A stretch of DNA of 64,000 bases from Parcubacteria group bacterium (GTDB lineage Bacteria; Patescibacteriota; Minisyncoccia; Moranbacterales; UBA9337): NCBI GenBank assembly GCA_041662245.1, contig JBAZSW010000002.1, positions 89,017-153,016 of the forward strand. Direction: 5' to 3'. The notes under the pieces were generated by a model. It ran no database searches. It saw only the letters and a program-made list of their open reading frames with translations, and was not told the origin of the DNA. The translations under genes were made by a program, and so were the position numbers. Numbering within the stretch: the first letter of the stretch is position 1; every line of letters starts with the position of its first letter. Below are positions 1 to 11,000 of this stretch, one piece after another.

Positions 1-2
1 GA

Positions 3-1901
3 CGGGCCTACATTTTTTATAATGACGGCTCCATCCCGACTACGGCGGCCACGGCGGATGTGACTATTACAGGAGAAACCACTAGTAATTATTTCGGTCA
101 TGCGATGACCAGCGGAGATTTTGATGCTGATAGCAAAACCGATTTAGCCGTAGGCGCTTATGGTTATAGTACTAACACGGGGCGCGCCTATATTTTTTAT
201 TGCGATGGTTCTATCCCAACTACTGCCGCCACCGCCGACGTGATTATCACAGGTGAGGCTACTGGCAATTATTTCGGTGATTCTTTCAGCAGTGGAAATT
301 TTGACGGAGATAGTGATACGGATTTAGCTGTGGGGGCTAATTATTATTCATCTGCTACAGGGCGAGCTTATATTTTCTATAATGACGGATCCATTCCGAC
401 CACGGCGGCTACCGCGGATGTGATTATCACAGGGGAAACTACTAATAATTATTTTGCTAATGCGATGATAAGCGGAGATTTTGACGGAGATAGTGATACC
501 GATTTGGCGGTGACAGCTAGAGCCTATTCATCTACTTTGGGACGGACTTATATTTTCTATAATGACGGCTCCATTCCTACTACGGCAGCTACCGCTGATC
601 TTAATATTACGGGAGATGCTAGTGGTAATTATTTCGGACAATCTATGACGAGCGGGGATTTCAACTATGATGGCAAGATTGATTTGGTTGTGGGGGCTTA
701 TGGAATAGGGGTGAACACCGGCCGGATTTACATCTTTTATAATGATGGATCAATGCCCAATTCTATGGATACGGCGGACGTGATTATCACGGGGGAAGCG
801 ATTAATAATTATTTTGGACAGGCGTTAATTGGTGGAGATTTAAATTATGATGGCAAAACTGATTTAGTGGTGGGGGCATATGGCTATAATACTAATGTTG
901 GTCGGGCTTATATATTTTACAATGATGGTTCTTATCCTACCATGGCTTCTAGCGCCGACGTTAAAATTGATGGAGAAAACAGCGGAGATTATTTCGGGAA
1001 TTCTTTCTCTAGCGGAGATTTCAATACAGATAGTAGGGTGGACTTGGCAGCAGGCGCTTACAAATATTCTACCAATACAGGACGGGTTTATATTTTTTAT
1101 AATGATGGCTCCATCCCGATCACCGCGGCGACCGCGGATGTAACTATTACGGGTGGCACTACCAATAACTATTTTGGTTATTCAATGACCAGTGGAGATT
1201 TTGATTATGACGGGCGAATTGATTTGGCAGTAGGCGCTCATTATTATAGTAGTTACACTGGGCGGGCTTATATTTTTTATTGTGATGGCTCCATCCCGGC
1301 CTCGGCGACTTCGGCCGATGTGATTATTACGGGAGAATCCGGCTCTAATTATTTTGGTTACTCGATGACTAGTGGCGACTTTAATTCAGACAGCAGGACT
1401 GATTTAGCAGTCGGGGCTAATTACAATCTTACTAATCGTGGAGCGGCTTATATTTTCTACAATGATGGTTCTATTCCGACCACGGCCGCCACAGCGGATG
1501 TAAAAATATCAGGAGAAACGGCTAGCAATTTGGGATATTCTCTAACTAGTGGAGATTTCAATTCAGACAGCAGAACCGATTTGGCAGTTGGGGCTACGGG
1601 ATATAACAGCAATATCGGCAAAGCTTATATTTTTTATAATGACGGTACTTATCCATCAGCCGTGGCTGATGCAGATGTGATAATTTTTTCAAAAGTAATT
1701 GCAAGTAATACATATTTCGGTTGCGCTATGGTGAGTGGAGATTTTGATGGGAATAATCGGATTGATTTGAGCGTCGGATTGAAAGGTGTATCAAATTTAG
1801 GCGGATTTTATATCTATACGGTTGATGCCGAAGGGACCAAACCCAATTATGTGAAAATTAAAGAAAGTATCAGGATAAAGGGAGGAGTGAGGATAAAGTA
1901 A
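3..1901 (+). CDS. FG-GAP (integrin-alpha-like beta-propeller) repeat protein, 5'-truncated by the window edge
   Basis: About 10 tandem ~60-aa repeats FG.(S/A)..SGDF(D/N).D..(T/I)DLAVGA..Y....GRAYIFYNDG. The frame is open from base 3 (RAYIFYNDG), so the true start is upstream of the window. Confidence 0.9.
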   Translation, partial: RAYIFYNDGSIPTTAATADVTITGETTSNYFGHAMTSGDFDADSKTDLAVGAYGYSTNTGRAYIFYCDGSIPTTAATADVIITGEATGNYFGDSFSSGNFDGDSDTDLAVGANYYSSATGRAYIFYNDGSIPTTAATADVIITGETTNNYFANAMISGDFDGDSDTDLAVTARAYSSTLGRTYIFYNDGSIPTTAATADLNITGDASGNYFGQSMTSGDFNYDGKIDLVVGAYGIGVNTGRIYIFYNDGSMPNSMDTADVIITGEAINNYFGQALIGGDLNYDGKTDLVVGAYGYNTNVGRAYIFYNDGSYPTMASSADVKIDGENSGDYFGNSFSSGDFNTDSRVDLAAGAYKYSTNTGRVYIFYNDGSIPITAATADVTITGGTTNNYFGYSMTSGDFDYDGRIDLAVGAHYYSSYTGRAYIFYCDGSIPASATSADVIITGESGSNYFGYSMTSGDFNSDSRTDLAVGANYNLTNRGAAYIFYNDGSIPTTAATADVKISGETASNLGYSLTSGDFNSDSRTDLAVGATGYNSNIGKAYIFYNDGTYPSAVADADVIIFSKVIASNTYFGCAMVSGDFDGNNRIDLSVGLKGVSNLGGFYIYTVDAEGTKPNYVKIKESIRIKGGVRIK

Positions 1902-1930
1902 TGTTTTTTAAAGAGAAAAAAACCGCCCCG

Positions 1931-2253
1931 TGGTATAATGGGGGAAGAGAGGAGAATTTAAGATAAATTTTTAATTTTTATATTTTTAATTTTTAAATAA
2001 ATTTTAAAACAAAATTTTTAAACCAATAAAGTATGATCTTGATTGGAATTAAAACATTAAGATTTGAATCAAAATTTTAAATTTAAAGTTTAAAATGAAT
2101 ATAAAAATATTAAATGATTAAAACAGATACAAAATATAATAAGAAAAAGATTGAAATTAAAATTTATTCATTTAAAATTGATTTCAAATTTCAAATTTAG
2201 CCTTTAAAATTAGAGCTATATTTACAAAATTACAAAAATTATAAAATTAAAAA
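1931..2253 (+). repeat. AT-rich intergenic composite repeat, copy upstream of ATPase 1
   Basis: Near-identical to 3573-3906. The core (tttaaagtttaaaatgaatataaaaatattaaatgattaaaacagata...ttcaaatttagcctttaaaattagagc) recurs near 12860, 14425, 16180 and 41015. Confidence 0.9.
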
Positions 2254-2279
2254 TAGGAAGTATGTCATTAGTCATCGTT

Positions 2280-2333
2280 TATACGATATTATCGTATATT
2301 ATGTTGACAAACTATACGATACTATCGTATAAT
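2280..2333 (+). promoter_or_regulatory. sigma70 promoter of ATPase 1 with two palindromic operator-like sites
   Basis: TTGACA 2304-2309, 18-nt spacer, TATAAT 2328-2333. Palindromes TATACGATAtTATCGTATA (2280-2298) and TATACGATAcTATCGTATA (2313-2331). Confidence 0.75.
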
Positions 2334-2359
2334 TAACGAATAACATATTAAAATTAATT

Positions 2360-3526
2360 ATGAAAGAATTATTGTATCGTTATAATCCATGGTGGGAGGG
2401 GGAGATTGACTTAAAAAATTCCATTTCACGCCCGATTTTTTTTCAAGAAATGCTTGATAATCTGAGAAAACGGCAGATAGTTATCTTGACCGGCCTTCGA
2501 AGAGTTGGTAAAACGACCTTGATGAAACAACTGATACGACACTTGCTTGATGAAAAAAATATCAAAGCCGAGCATATTTTTTATATCAGTCTAGATGATT
2601 ATTTATTAAAGGATAAAAGCATTCTCGAAATAGTTGAGGAATATCGAAAAATTCATCGACTTGCTCATGACAAAAAAGTATTTTTATTTCTGGACGAAAT
2701 AACTTATCAAAAAGACTTTGAAATTCAATTAAAAAATATCTATGATCAGGAAAATGCCAAGGTTTATGTTTCTTCATCCAGTGCTTCTGTTTTAAAAAGC
2801 AAGAAGTCTTTTTTGACCGGTCGAAACTCTCTAATTGAGATTATGCCTCTGAATTTTAAGGAGTATTTGCAATTCAAAAAAATAAAAATTAAAAAAGCTG
2901 ATAAGCATTTGCTGGAAGGCATTTTTGAAGAGTTTATGCAAACTGGCGGAATGCCGGAATATGTCTTGACTGGAGATGTGCAATATTTAAAAGAGTTGGT
3001 CGATGATATCATTCAAAAAGACATTGCGGCACATTATGGCATTAGAGATGTGCAAATTTTAAAAGATTATTTCCTTTTGTTGATGGAAAGATCGGGCAAA
3101 GTTTTGAGTATTAATAAAATTGCCAAAATATTGGATATTTCTCCGGATTCATCAAGACGATATTTAGATATGTTTGTCGATTCATATTTGATATTTTTGG
3201 TATCAAGACATGGCAAAGTAAATGAGCGTTTGCTATCTGCTAAAAAAATATATGCCGCCGATTTGGGAATAAAAACATATTTTTCTGGATTTAGGGATAA
3301 GGGCAGTTTGTTTGAAAATTATGTCTACTTACAAATTAAAAAAAATAATCCTGCTTATATTTATCAAGATGGCAATGAAATTGATTTTATGACTGACAAA
3401 AAAATCCTAATTGAAGTAAAATATAATGCCCAGATGAATGAAAAACAAAATAAACTTTTTGAGAAAATTGTTGCCAAGAAAAAGATTTTGATTAAAAATA
3501 TTTTCGATTTGGATAAATTAAAATAA
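2360..3526 (+). CDS. AAA+ ATPase (AAA_14 + DUF4143 type) with C-terminal PD-(D/E)xK-like motif
   Basis: YNPWW N-terminus, Walker A GLRRVGKT, Walker B LFLDEI, GGMPE, FENYVY, EIDF...IEVK. Confidence 0.9.
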   Translation: MKELLYRYNPWWEGEIDLKNSISRPIFFQEMLDNLRKRQIVILTGLRRVGKTTLMKQLIRHLLDEKNIKAEHIFYISLDDYLLKDKSILEIVEEYRKIHRLAHDKKVFLFLDEITYQKDFEIQLKNIYDQENAKVYVSSSSASVLKSKKSFLTGRNSLIEIMPLNFKEYLQFKKIKIKKADKHLLEGIFEEFMQTGGMPEYVLTGDVQYLKELVDDIIQKDIAAHYGIRDVQILKDYFLLLMERSGKVLSINKIAKILDISPDSSRRYLDMFVDSYLIFLVSRHGKVNERLLSAKKIYAADLGIKTYFSGFRDKGSLFENYVYLQIKKNNPAYIYQDGNEIDFMTDKKILIEVKYNAQMNEKQNKLFEKIVAKKKILIKNIFDLDKLK

Positions 3527-3572
3527 ATTCCGACTTAGGGATCGGACCCTCCACAAGTTCATAATCTTTTTA

Positions 3573-3906
3573 TGGTATAATGGAGAGAAGAGAGGAGGAT
3601 TTAAGATAAATTTTTAATTTTTATATTTTTAATTTTTAAATAAATTTTAAAACAAAATTTTTAAACCAATTAAAGTATGATCTTGATTGGAATTAAAACA
3701 TTAAGATTTGAATCAAAATTTTAAATTTTAAATTTAAAGTTTAAAATGAATATAAAAATATTAAATGATTAAAACAGATACGAAATATAATAAGAAAAAG
3801 ATTAAAATTAAAATTTATTCATTTAAAATTGATTTCAAATTTCAAATTTAGCCTTTAAAATTAGAGCTATATTTACAAAATTACAAAAATTACAAAATTA
3901 AAAATT
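3573..3906 (+). repeat. AT-rich intergenic composite repeat, direct repeat of 1931-2253
   Basis: Aligns by eye with 1931-2253 with only a few substitutions and short indels. Confidence 0.9.
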
Positions 3907-3944
3907 CTATAAACTGTGATTTAGAAGAGAGATACACAAAATTC

Positions 3945-3970
3945 GTAGAGACGAAACACTGCTTCGTCTG
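3945..3970 (+). repeat. Degenerate GTAG-family REP
   Basis: GTAGAGACGAAACACTGCTTCGTCTG: GTAG head plus hairpin, like the REPs around the RAYT gene. Confidence 0.55.
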
Positions 3971-4036
3971 CATGCTACAAACTAATATTGACAATCTTTT
4001 GGCTCTGAAGATCTCTAAGTTAAATAAATTAAATCT

Positions 4037-4879
4037 ATGACCAATAAAAAAGAAACGATTTTATTCAAGAATGATCCGATTCGTAGGATTTGGGATGAAG
4101 ATAAAGAAAAATGGTATTTTAGCGTGGTGGATGTGATGCGGGTTTTGACAAGTCCGACTGATTTTCAAACAGCTAGAAAATATTGGAATAAACTAAAAGG
4201 ACGTTTGAAAAAAGAAGGAAGCGAGTCGGTGACAAATTGTCACCAACTGAAATTTATAGCTAAGGATGGTAAGTATTATGCTAGTGATGCCGCCGATACG
4301 GAAACATTATTCCGCATCATCCAATCTGTACCATCGCCAAAAGCTGAGCCATTTAAACTTTGGTTGGCCAAAGTCGGTTATGAACGCCTAAAGGAATCGG
4401 TTGATCCGGAGATTGCCCTCAATCGAGCCCGTGAAAATTGGGTTAAAATGGGCAGGTCAAAAAAGTGGATCGAGCAACGCATGCGTGGTCAAGAGATTCG
4501 AAACAAACTGACTGATTATTGGGGTGATCATAAGGTTAGTGAAGAAGAGGAATACGCCAGATTGACGGATATTATTCATAGGGAATGGAGTGGACTAACG
4601 ACTAAAGCTCATAAAAATTTAAAAAGTCTCAAAGGACATAATCTGCGCGATAACATGACCGAGGCGGAATTGGTTTTTACATCGTTGGCAGAATTAACGA
4701 CGAGAAACATTGCGGAAAAAGATAGAGCGGTTGGTTTTGATAAAAATGCTATTTCGGCGAAAAAAGGCGGGGCAGTGGCGGGTCGGGCGAAAGAAGATTT
4801 TGAGTTGCAAACAGGAAAGAAGGTTGTAAGCGGCGAGAATTTTTTAGCACCAACTAAAAAAAAGAAGAAAATAGTATAG
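4037..4879 (+). CDS. Bro-N domain protein (phage antirepressor-like)
   Basis: IRRIWDE..EKWYFSVVDV, RKYWNKLK, LFRIIQSVPSPKAEPFKLWLAKVG, NLRDNMT..EL.F..LAE motifs. Confidence 0.8.
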   Translation: MTNKKETILFKNDPIRRIWDEDKEKWYFSVVDVMRVLTSPTDFQTARKYWNKLKGRLKKEGSESVTNCHQLKFIAKDGKYYASDAADTETLFRIIQSVPSPKAEPFKLWLAKVGYERLKESVDPEIALNRARENWVKMGRSKKWIEQRMRGQEIRNKLTDYWGDHKVSEEEEYARLTDIIHREWSGLTTKAHKNLKSLKGHNLRDNMTEAELVFTSLAELTTRNIAEKDRAVGFDKNAISAKKGGAVAGRAKEDFELQTGKKVVSGENFLAPTKKKKKIV

Positions 4880-5007
4880 AAGAAAGAATGAATTGAAATG
4901 AATTTCGAATTTTGAATCAATTTCTAATTATCTAATGTTTCAAAATTAAAAAATTTAGATTTATTTACAAAATTACAAAAATTAAAAATTACAAAATTAA
5001 AGTTATA

Positions 5008-8000
5008 ATGTCCAAATTTCAAAAACTAATCTTAATATTTTTTTTCATATTAATCGGACTTTCTTCCGCAACTTTCGCGTCGGCCGCGGGGAATGTTTAT
5101 TATTCCGTCGGCCAATCCACCGCTAACCTCATGACGGGCGCGCCCAATGTGGCCATCACGAGTGGCGTGGCTACTTTTGACGTGGCGCAGACTGCCAACA
5201 TTGGCGTGGGGGATGTGATAGTGGCTAATGCCATTTCCTATTATATCGCCTCCAAAACTTCCACCACCGTTTGGAATGTAGTCACCAATACAGGAGCTAC
5301 GCCCACTGACATCACCTCCACTGCGGTCACTTCAGTGAAACACGTTTACACTTCTTTGAATTCGGCGGTGACAGGCGCGTCTACTCTTTTGGGCAGTTCT
5401 GACTTGACGACGGCCGACGTAGTTTTAAATATTCCTTGCTATTATGACTCCGCGGCTGACACGACCGCCGTGACTGTTAGTGGTTACACCACCGATGCGA
5501 CGCGGTATATCAAGATTTACACGCCAAGTAACACCACGACGGAAGCGAACAATTCGCAAAGGCATAGTGGGAAGTGGGATGCGACAAAATATCAATTGGC
5601 AGTATCTGGAAATTCCGCACTATATACGAGCGTCAGTTACACATATATTCAGGGATTGCAAGTGGCTCTTGATATAAGTGTATCTAGCACAAATATAGCG
5701 GGCATATTTTCTGTTAGTACATATGTGAAAATAACCGGAAATATTGTTAAGGCTAACAATACAGGCGTTCCTAGTTATTATAAACAGGGAATTAGAGTTA
5801 CTACCGTCGGAACGGGCGTTGGGGTTTGGAATAATATAATTTATGGATTTCAATATAGCGGGCTGACGTATTATGGTGGAATATCGGCGAACTCCGCTGG
5901 AGCTTATGTGTATAACAATACTGTATATAATAATGGGGGAGGTATCTACATTGCTGCAAATACTTTCGCCAAGAATAATATTTCCTACAATAACTCGTTG
6001 GATTATTATGTAGGTGCTGGTGCATTTGATGCTTCTTCTACTGGTAATCTTTCCAAAGATGCCTCCGCTCCGGCGCTCAACACATATTACAGAAATAAGA
6101 CATTGACTTTCGTCAGCACCATTTCCGGTGGTGAAGATTTTCATTTGGTTCCTGCTGATACGGATGCGATTAACAAAGGAGCGGATTTGAGTGGCGATGC
6201 CAATTTGCCATTCACCACCGACATCGATGGCGCGCCGAGGAATGCTTCGATTAATGCTTGGGACATCGGGGCGGACGAAGCGGCGACGCAGATTTTCCGC
6301 AGTGTCGCTCCGAGTGCCACGGCGGTTTTGGAAAGTGACACTTCGCACGCTCGCACTGTGACACTTACCAGCGGCGTGGCGACTTTTAGCAATGCTCTCT
6401 CTGACACCATCGGGGTGGGGGACGCGGTGCTGATCGACACGGGCGGCACGGATCAAGCGATTGATGCTTCAGACACATTATTATTCATCAGTGGTCGTAA
6501 TTCTTCTACCAGCTACAACCTACAAACTAATAATGGTTCTGTACCCAGTAACATTGCCAGCAACGATACTTATCAAATCTATCGCGCTTACACTTCCATC
6601 GCTAACGCCGAGGAGGGAACCAAAAACACCTCCATCCCTATCGCTTTCAATGGCGGCAATCGCAATATTTTCACCAACAATGAACAATGGAACATCGCGT
6701 GTTATGCCAATGGGACCACGGCGGATGCCAGGGCGGTAGTCAGCGGTTGGACAACGGGTACGAATAATTATATCAAAATCTATACTCCCGTGAATTTGAC
6801 CGAAGTGGGCACGAGCCAAAGGCATGCTGGCAAATGGGATGACAGTAAGTATAAGATGGAGATCAATGCTAATTTTTATATTTATGCAGCCAATACTAGA
6901 TTTGACGGAATCCAGATCAAGGGCAGTGGCAGTGAAGATGTCATCAGTTATGATAATTTCAATTCTTCCGGCGGAGAACAGGTCGTGTCCAATTCGATTA
7001 TCCGCGGAGGCACGCGCGGTATCGCTGGAGTGCGCGCTAATACAAAAATTAGGATTTACAACAATATCATCTATACGATGGCCAATGCTGGATTGTATCC
7101 TTGTCCTACCGATTCCTTTTGCTATATGTATAACAATACATTATACAATACAGGAACATATGGCATTTATACCAACGGTGGTACAGCCATTGCCAAGAAT
7201 AACATCGTCTATGGTGCTGGTAATTTTAACACCTATGCTGGGACTTTTTCGGTCGGGACGGATAACAACGCGACTGACAGCACGGATGCGATTGGACAAG
7301 GCTCCAATAACAGAATCAGCCAAACTTTCTCTTTCGTTTCCACCGTGAGTGGCTCGGAAGACTTCCATCTCCAGTCGACTGATGCCGGCGCGCGAAATTA
7401 TGGCGCGGATATGAGCGCGGATGTTAATTTTGCTTTTGCCACCGATATCGACGGCGCGTCGAGAAATGCGAGCATTAACGCGTGGGATATCGGGGCGGAT
7501 GAAACCGCTACCCAGATTTTCAGAAGTGTCGGACCCAGTGCTACGGCGGTGCTCGAAAGTGATACATCGCATGCTAGAACAGTGACTCTTACTAGTGGAG
7601 TGGCGACTTTTAGTAATGCTCTCTCTGACACCATCGGGGTGGGGGACGCTGTCATCATCGACACGGGTGGCACGGATCAAACCATTGATGCTAGTGATAC
7701 GATATTATTTATCAGCAGCAGAAATAGTGCTACCAGCTACCAGCTACAAGCTAACAACGGCTCCGTACCCAGTAACATTACTATCAATGACACTTACCAA
7801 ATTTACCGCGCCTACACCAGTTTGAGTTTGGCGGAAGCGGGGACGAAGAATGCGAGCATTCCGATGACTTTTAATGGTGGTGATCGCGATTTGGTGGCGA
7901 ATAATGAGCAGTGGAATCTAGCGTGTTATGCCAATGGAACGACGGCGGATACGACTGCAGTGACAGTGAGTGGCTGGATCACTGCACAACAGGATTTTAT

Positions 8001-11000
8001 TAAAATTTACACGCCAGTAACCACGACCGAAGTGGGAACGAGTCAAAGGCATAATGGTAAGTGGGATGATGGGAAGTATAGATTGGAATATACTGGCAGT
8101 TTCGCCACAACATTAGATTCTGCAGTGATGGATATTTGGGTGGACGGATTGCAAATAAAAAGAGTGACTACTCAAAATTATGGAAATATTATAGCCTTAC
8201 GCGTTATTTCCAGAAGTAAAGTTAGCAATAACATAGTTAATTTTGTTGATACTTATACCAATTCAACTAAAGCAATATCCAATGTGTCTTCAGATGGAAG
8301 TCCGAGTTATTTTTGGAATAATATAATGTATGGAACTAGTTTGGACTATGGATACTATCAGGCAGATGCTTATGGCTATGTGTATAATAATACTGTTTCT
8401 GGTGCTGGAGATGTTGGTTATTTTTCTGGTTTTCAATTGAGAATGTTTGTTAAAAATAATATTGCTCAAAATTGTGTGGATGGATTTTTGGCTTCAAGCG
8501 GAAATTTTGGTGTTGGTTCGGATTATAATATTTCTGATTTGAGTGCCGACGCTCCCGGAGCTAATTCCAAAAATTCTACCACCGTCGCTTTTGCTGACTC
8601 CGCCAACAAAGACTTTCACCTCGCCCCCACTGACACCGCCGCCAAAAATTCCGGCGTGGATTTGAGTACGGATGCTAATTTGCCAATCACCACCGATATT
8701 GATGGCCAAACTAGAAGTGCCACCCCCAGCTGGGATATCGGCGCGGATGAAGCGGCCAATGCTGTGTACTATAGTGTCGGTCAATCCACCGCGGACTTGA
8801 AAACTGGCACGCCTAATGTCGCCATCACCAGTGGCGTGGCCACTTTTGACGCGGCGCAGACTGGGAACATCGGGGTGGGGGACGTCATGATTGCTAATGC
8901 CATCTCATATTACATATCAAGCAAAACCTCCACCACCGTTTGGAATGTGGTGACCAATACGGGCGCCACTCCCGCCAACATCACTTCCACGGCCGTCACT
9001 TCCATCAAACATGTTTACACTTCTTTGAACTCCTCCGCCTCCGGTGCGGGCACGCTCTTGGGCACGACTGATTTATATACCAATAATTATCAAATTAATC
9101 TGCCTTGTTATTACGACTCCGCGGCGGACACGGCGGCCGTTACCGTGAGTGGTTACACGACTGCGGTGCCCAATTACATTAAGATTTACACGCCGAATAA
9201 TACTTCTACGGAAGCCAATAATTCGCAACGGCATGGGGAAAAATATGACATTACAAAATATCGACTTGAAGTAACTGACGCGAACGGATTGGCATTGACA
9301 GGAGTTGATACTAAAATAATTGGCCTCCAGATTAAATTGACTGCAACAACTAGCTGGAGATCGGCAATTGCCCATGGTATTAATTATAGAGGCAACATTG
9401 AAATAGCAAATAATATCATAAAAGGTGTTTTAACAGGTAATATAACAGATTTTGGTCTATGGATAAAAAGAAACAATGTAAATACGAAAATATATAACAA
9501 TGTTATTTATGGTTTCAAGAGTGATTTGACTGCCTCTTGCGCTGGAATGTGGTTTGGTTTTGAAGGAGGAGTCGGGTCGTCAATTAAGAATGTTTTTAAC
9601 AATACATTTTATGGAAATTATTATGGTTTGAACTCCATGGATGGCGGTGTTACTGTAGTGGCGAAGAATAATATTTCTTATAATAATCCATATAAAGACT
9701 ATAATGGTACTTTTGATGCTTCCTCCACCAACAACATTTCCAAAGATACCACGGCGCCGCCCTATAACACCTATTACACCAACAAAACCTTGTCTTTTGT
9801 CAGTACCATTTCCGGTGCAGAAGATTTTCATTTGGCCTTCACGGATACGGACGCCCTCAACAAGGGAGTAGATCTGTCGGCTGACACTAGTTTCGCTTTC
9901 ACCACCGACATCGACGGCCAAACCAGAAATCAAAACAGTCTCGGGTGGGACATTGGGGTCGACGAAGCAGCCACCCAGATTTTCTATTCCGTCGGACAAA
10001 ACACATCTGATCACAAAACTGGTTTGCCAACCGTGACAGTCAGCGGTACGACCGCCACTTTCAGTGTGGCACAAACAGCGACCAATATGGGCGTGGGGGA
10101 TCTGGTGACTTATACAGGTGGAATATGTTACCTGAGCGCCAAAACTTCCACCACTGTTTGGAGTTGTATATCTGCGACGGGTGGAACGCCGACCGCCGCC
10201 ACCAACGCCACTGTCACCAGCATCGCGCATGCGTTTGCGTCATTGAGTGCGGCAATGTCTGGGTCAGGTCCCGGAGCCAGCAATTCATCTCATCTTAATA
10301 CTACTAACTTAGTAACAAATAATTATCAACTCAACATTCCTTGCTATTATGACAGTGGGGCAGATACTACAAGAGGCAATGTATATGGCTTTACTACTGG
10401 TGCCAATAATTATATTCGCCTTTATACTCCGAATAATGTGGCAGCAGAAGTGAATCTTAGCCAACGGCATCAAGGCAAATGGGATGATGCAAAGTATCGT
10501 TTTGAATATACTGCCACAGGCAGTTCTGATTATGCCCTATATATACAAGAACCATATATCAAGATTGACGGATTACAAATCAAAAGTTCAGATGGTGGAT
10601 ATGGCTATAGCGCTGGCATTGGTATAAATAGCGTATATAGCATTACTAGCAGCAATTTAGAAATATCAAACAACATTATTAAGGCCGGAACGCTTACAAA
10701 CGCCACCGTTGCCGCTGCGGGCATTGGCAACTATTCTGGTGGAAAAAGTTTGATTTATAATAATGTCATTTACGGTTTTAATGTTGATGGATCAAGTACG
10801 AAGGGAAGGGGGTTGCATATTCGAGGAAGTGCCTATGTTTATAATAATACTTTTTATGATTGTTATCATGGTATTTATAATTATGATGGAACTGCTTATG
10901 CTAAAAATAACATCGTACAAAGTGCTACCGATGGCTATGCAGGATCATTCACTTCTTCCGATTACAACATTTCCAACCTTGCGGCTGATGCTCCGTCAGC

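Noticed and set aside
4037-4879. Prophage suggested by the Bro-N gene
   Set aside because: No integrase, terminase, capsid or replication genes nearby.
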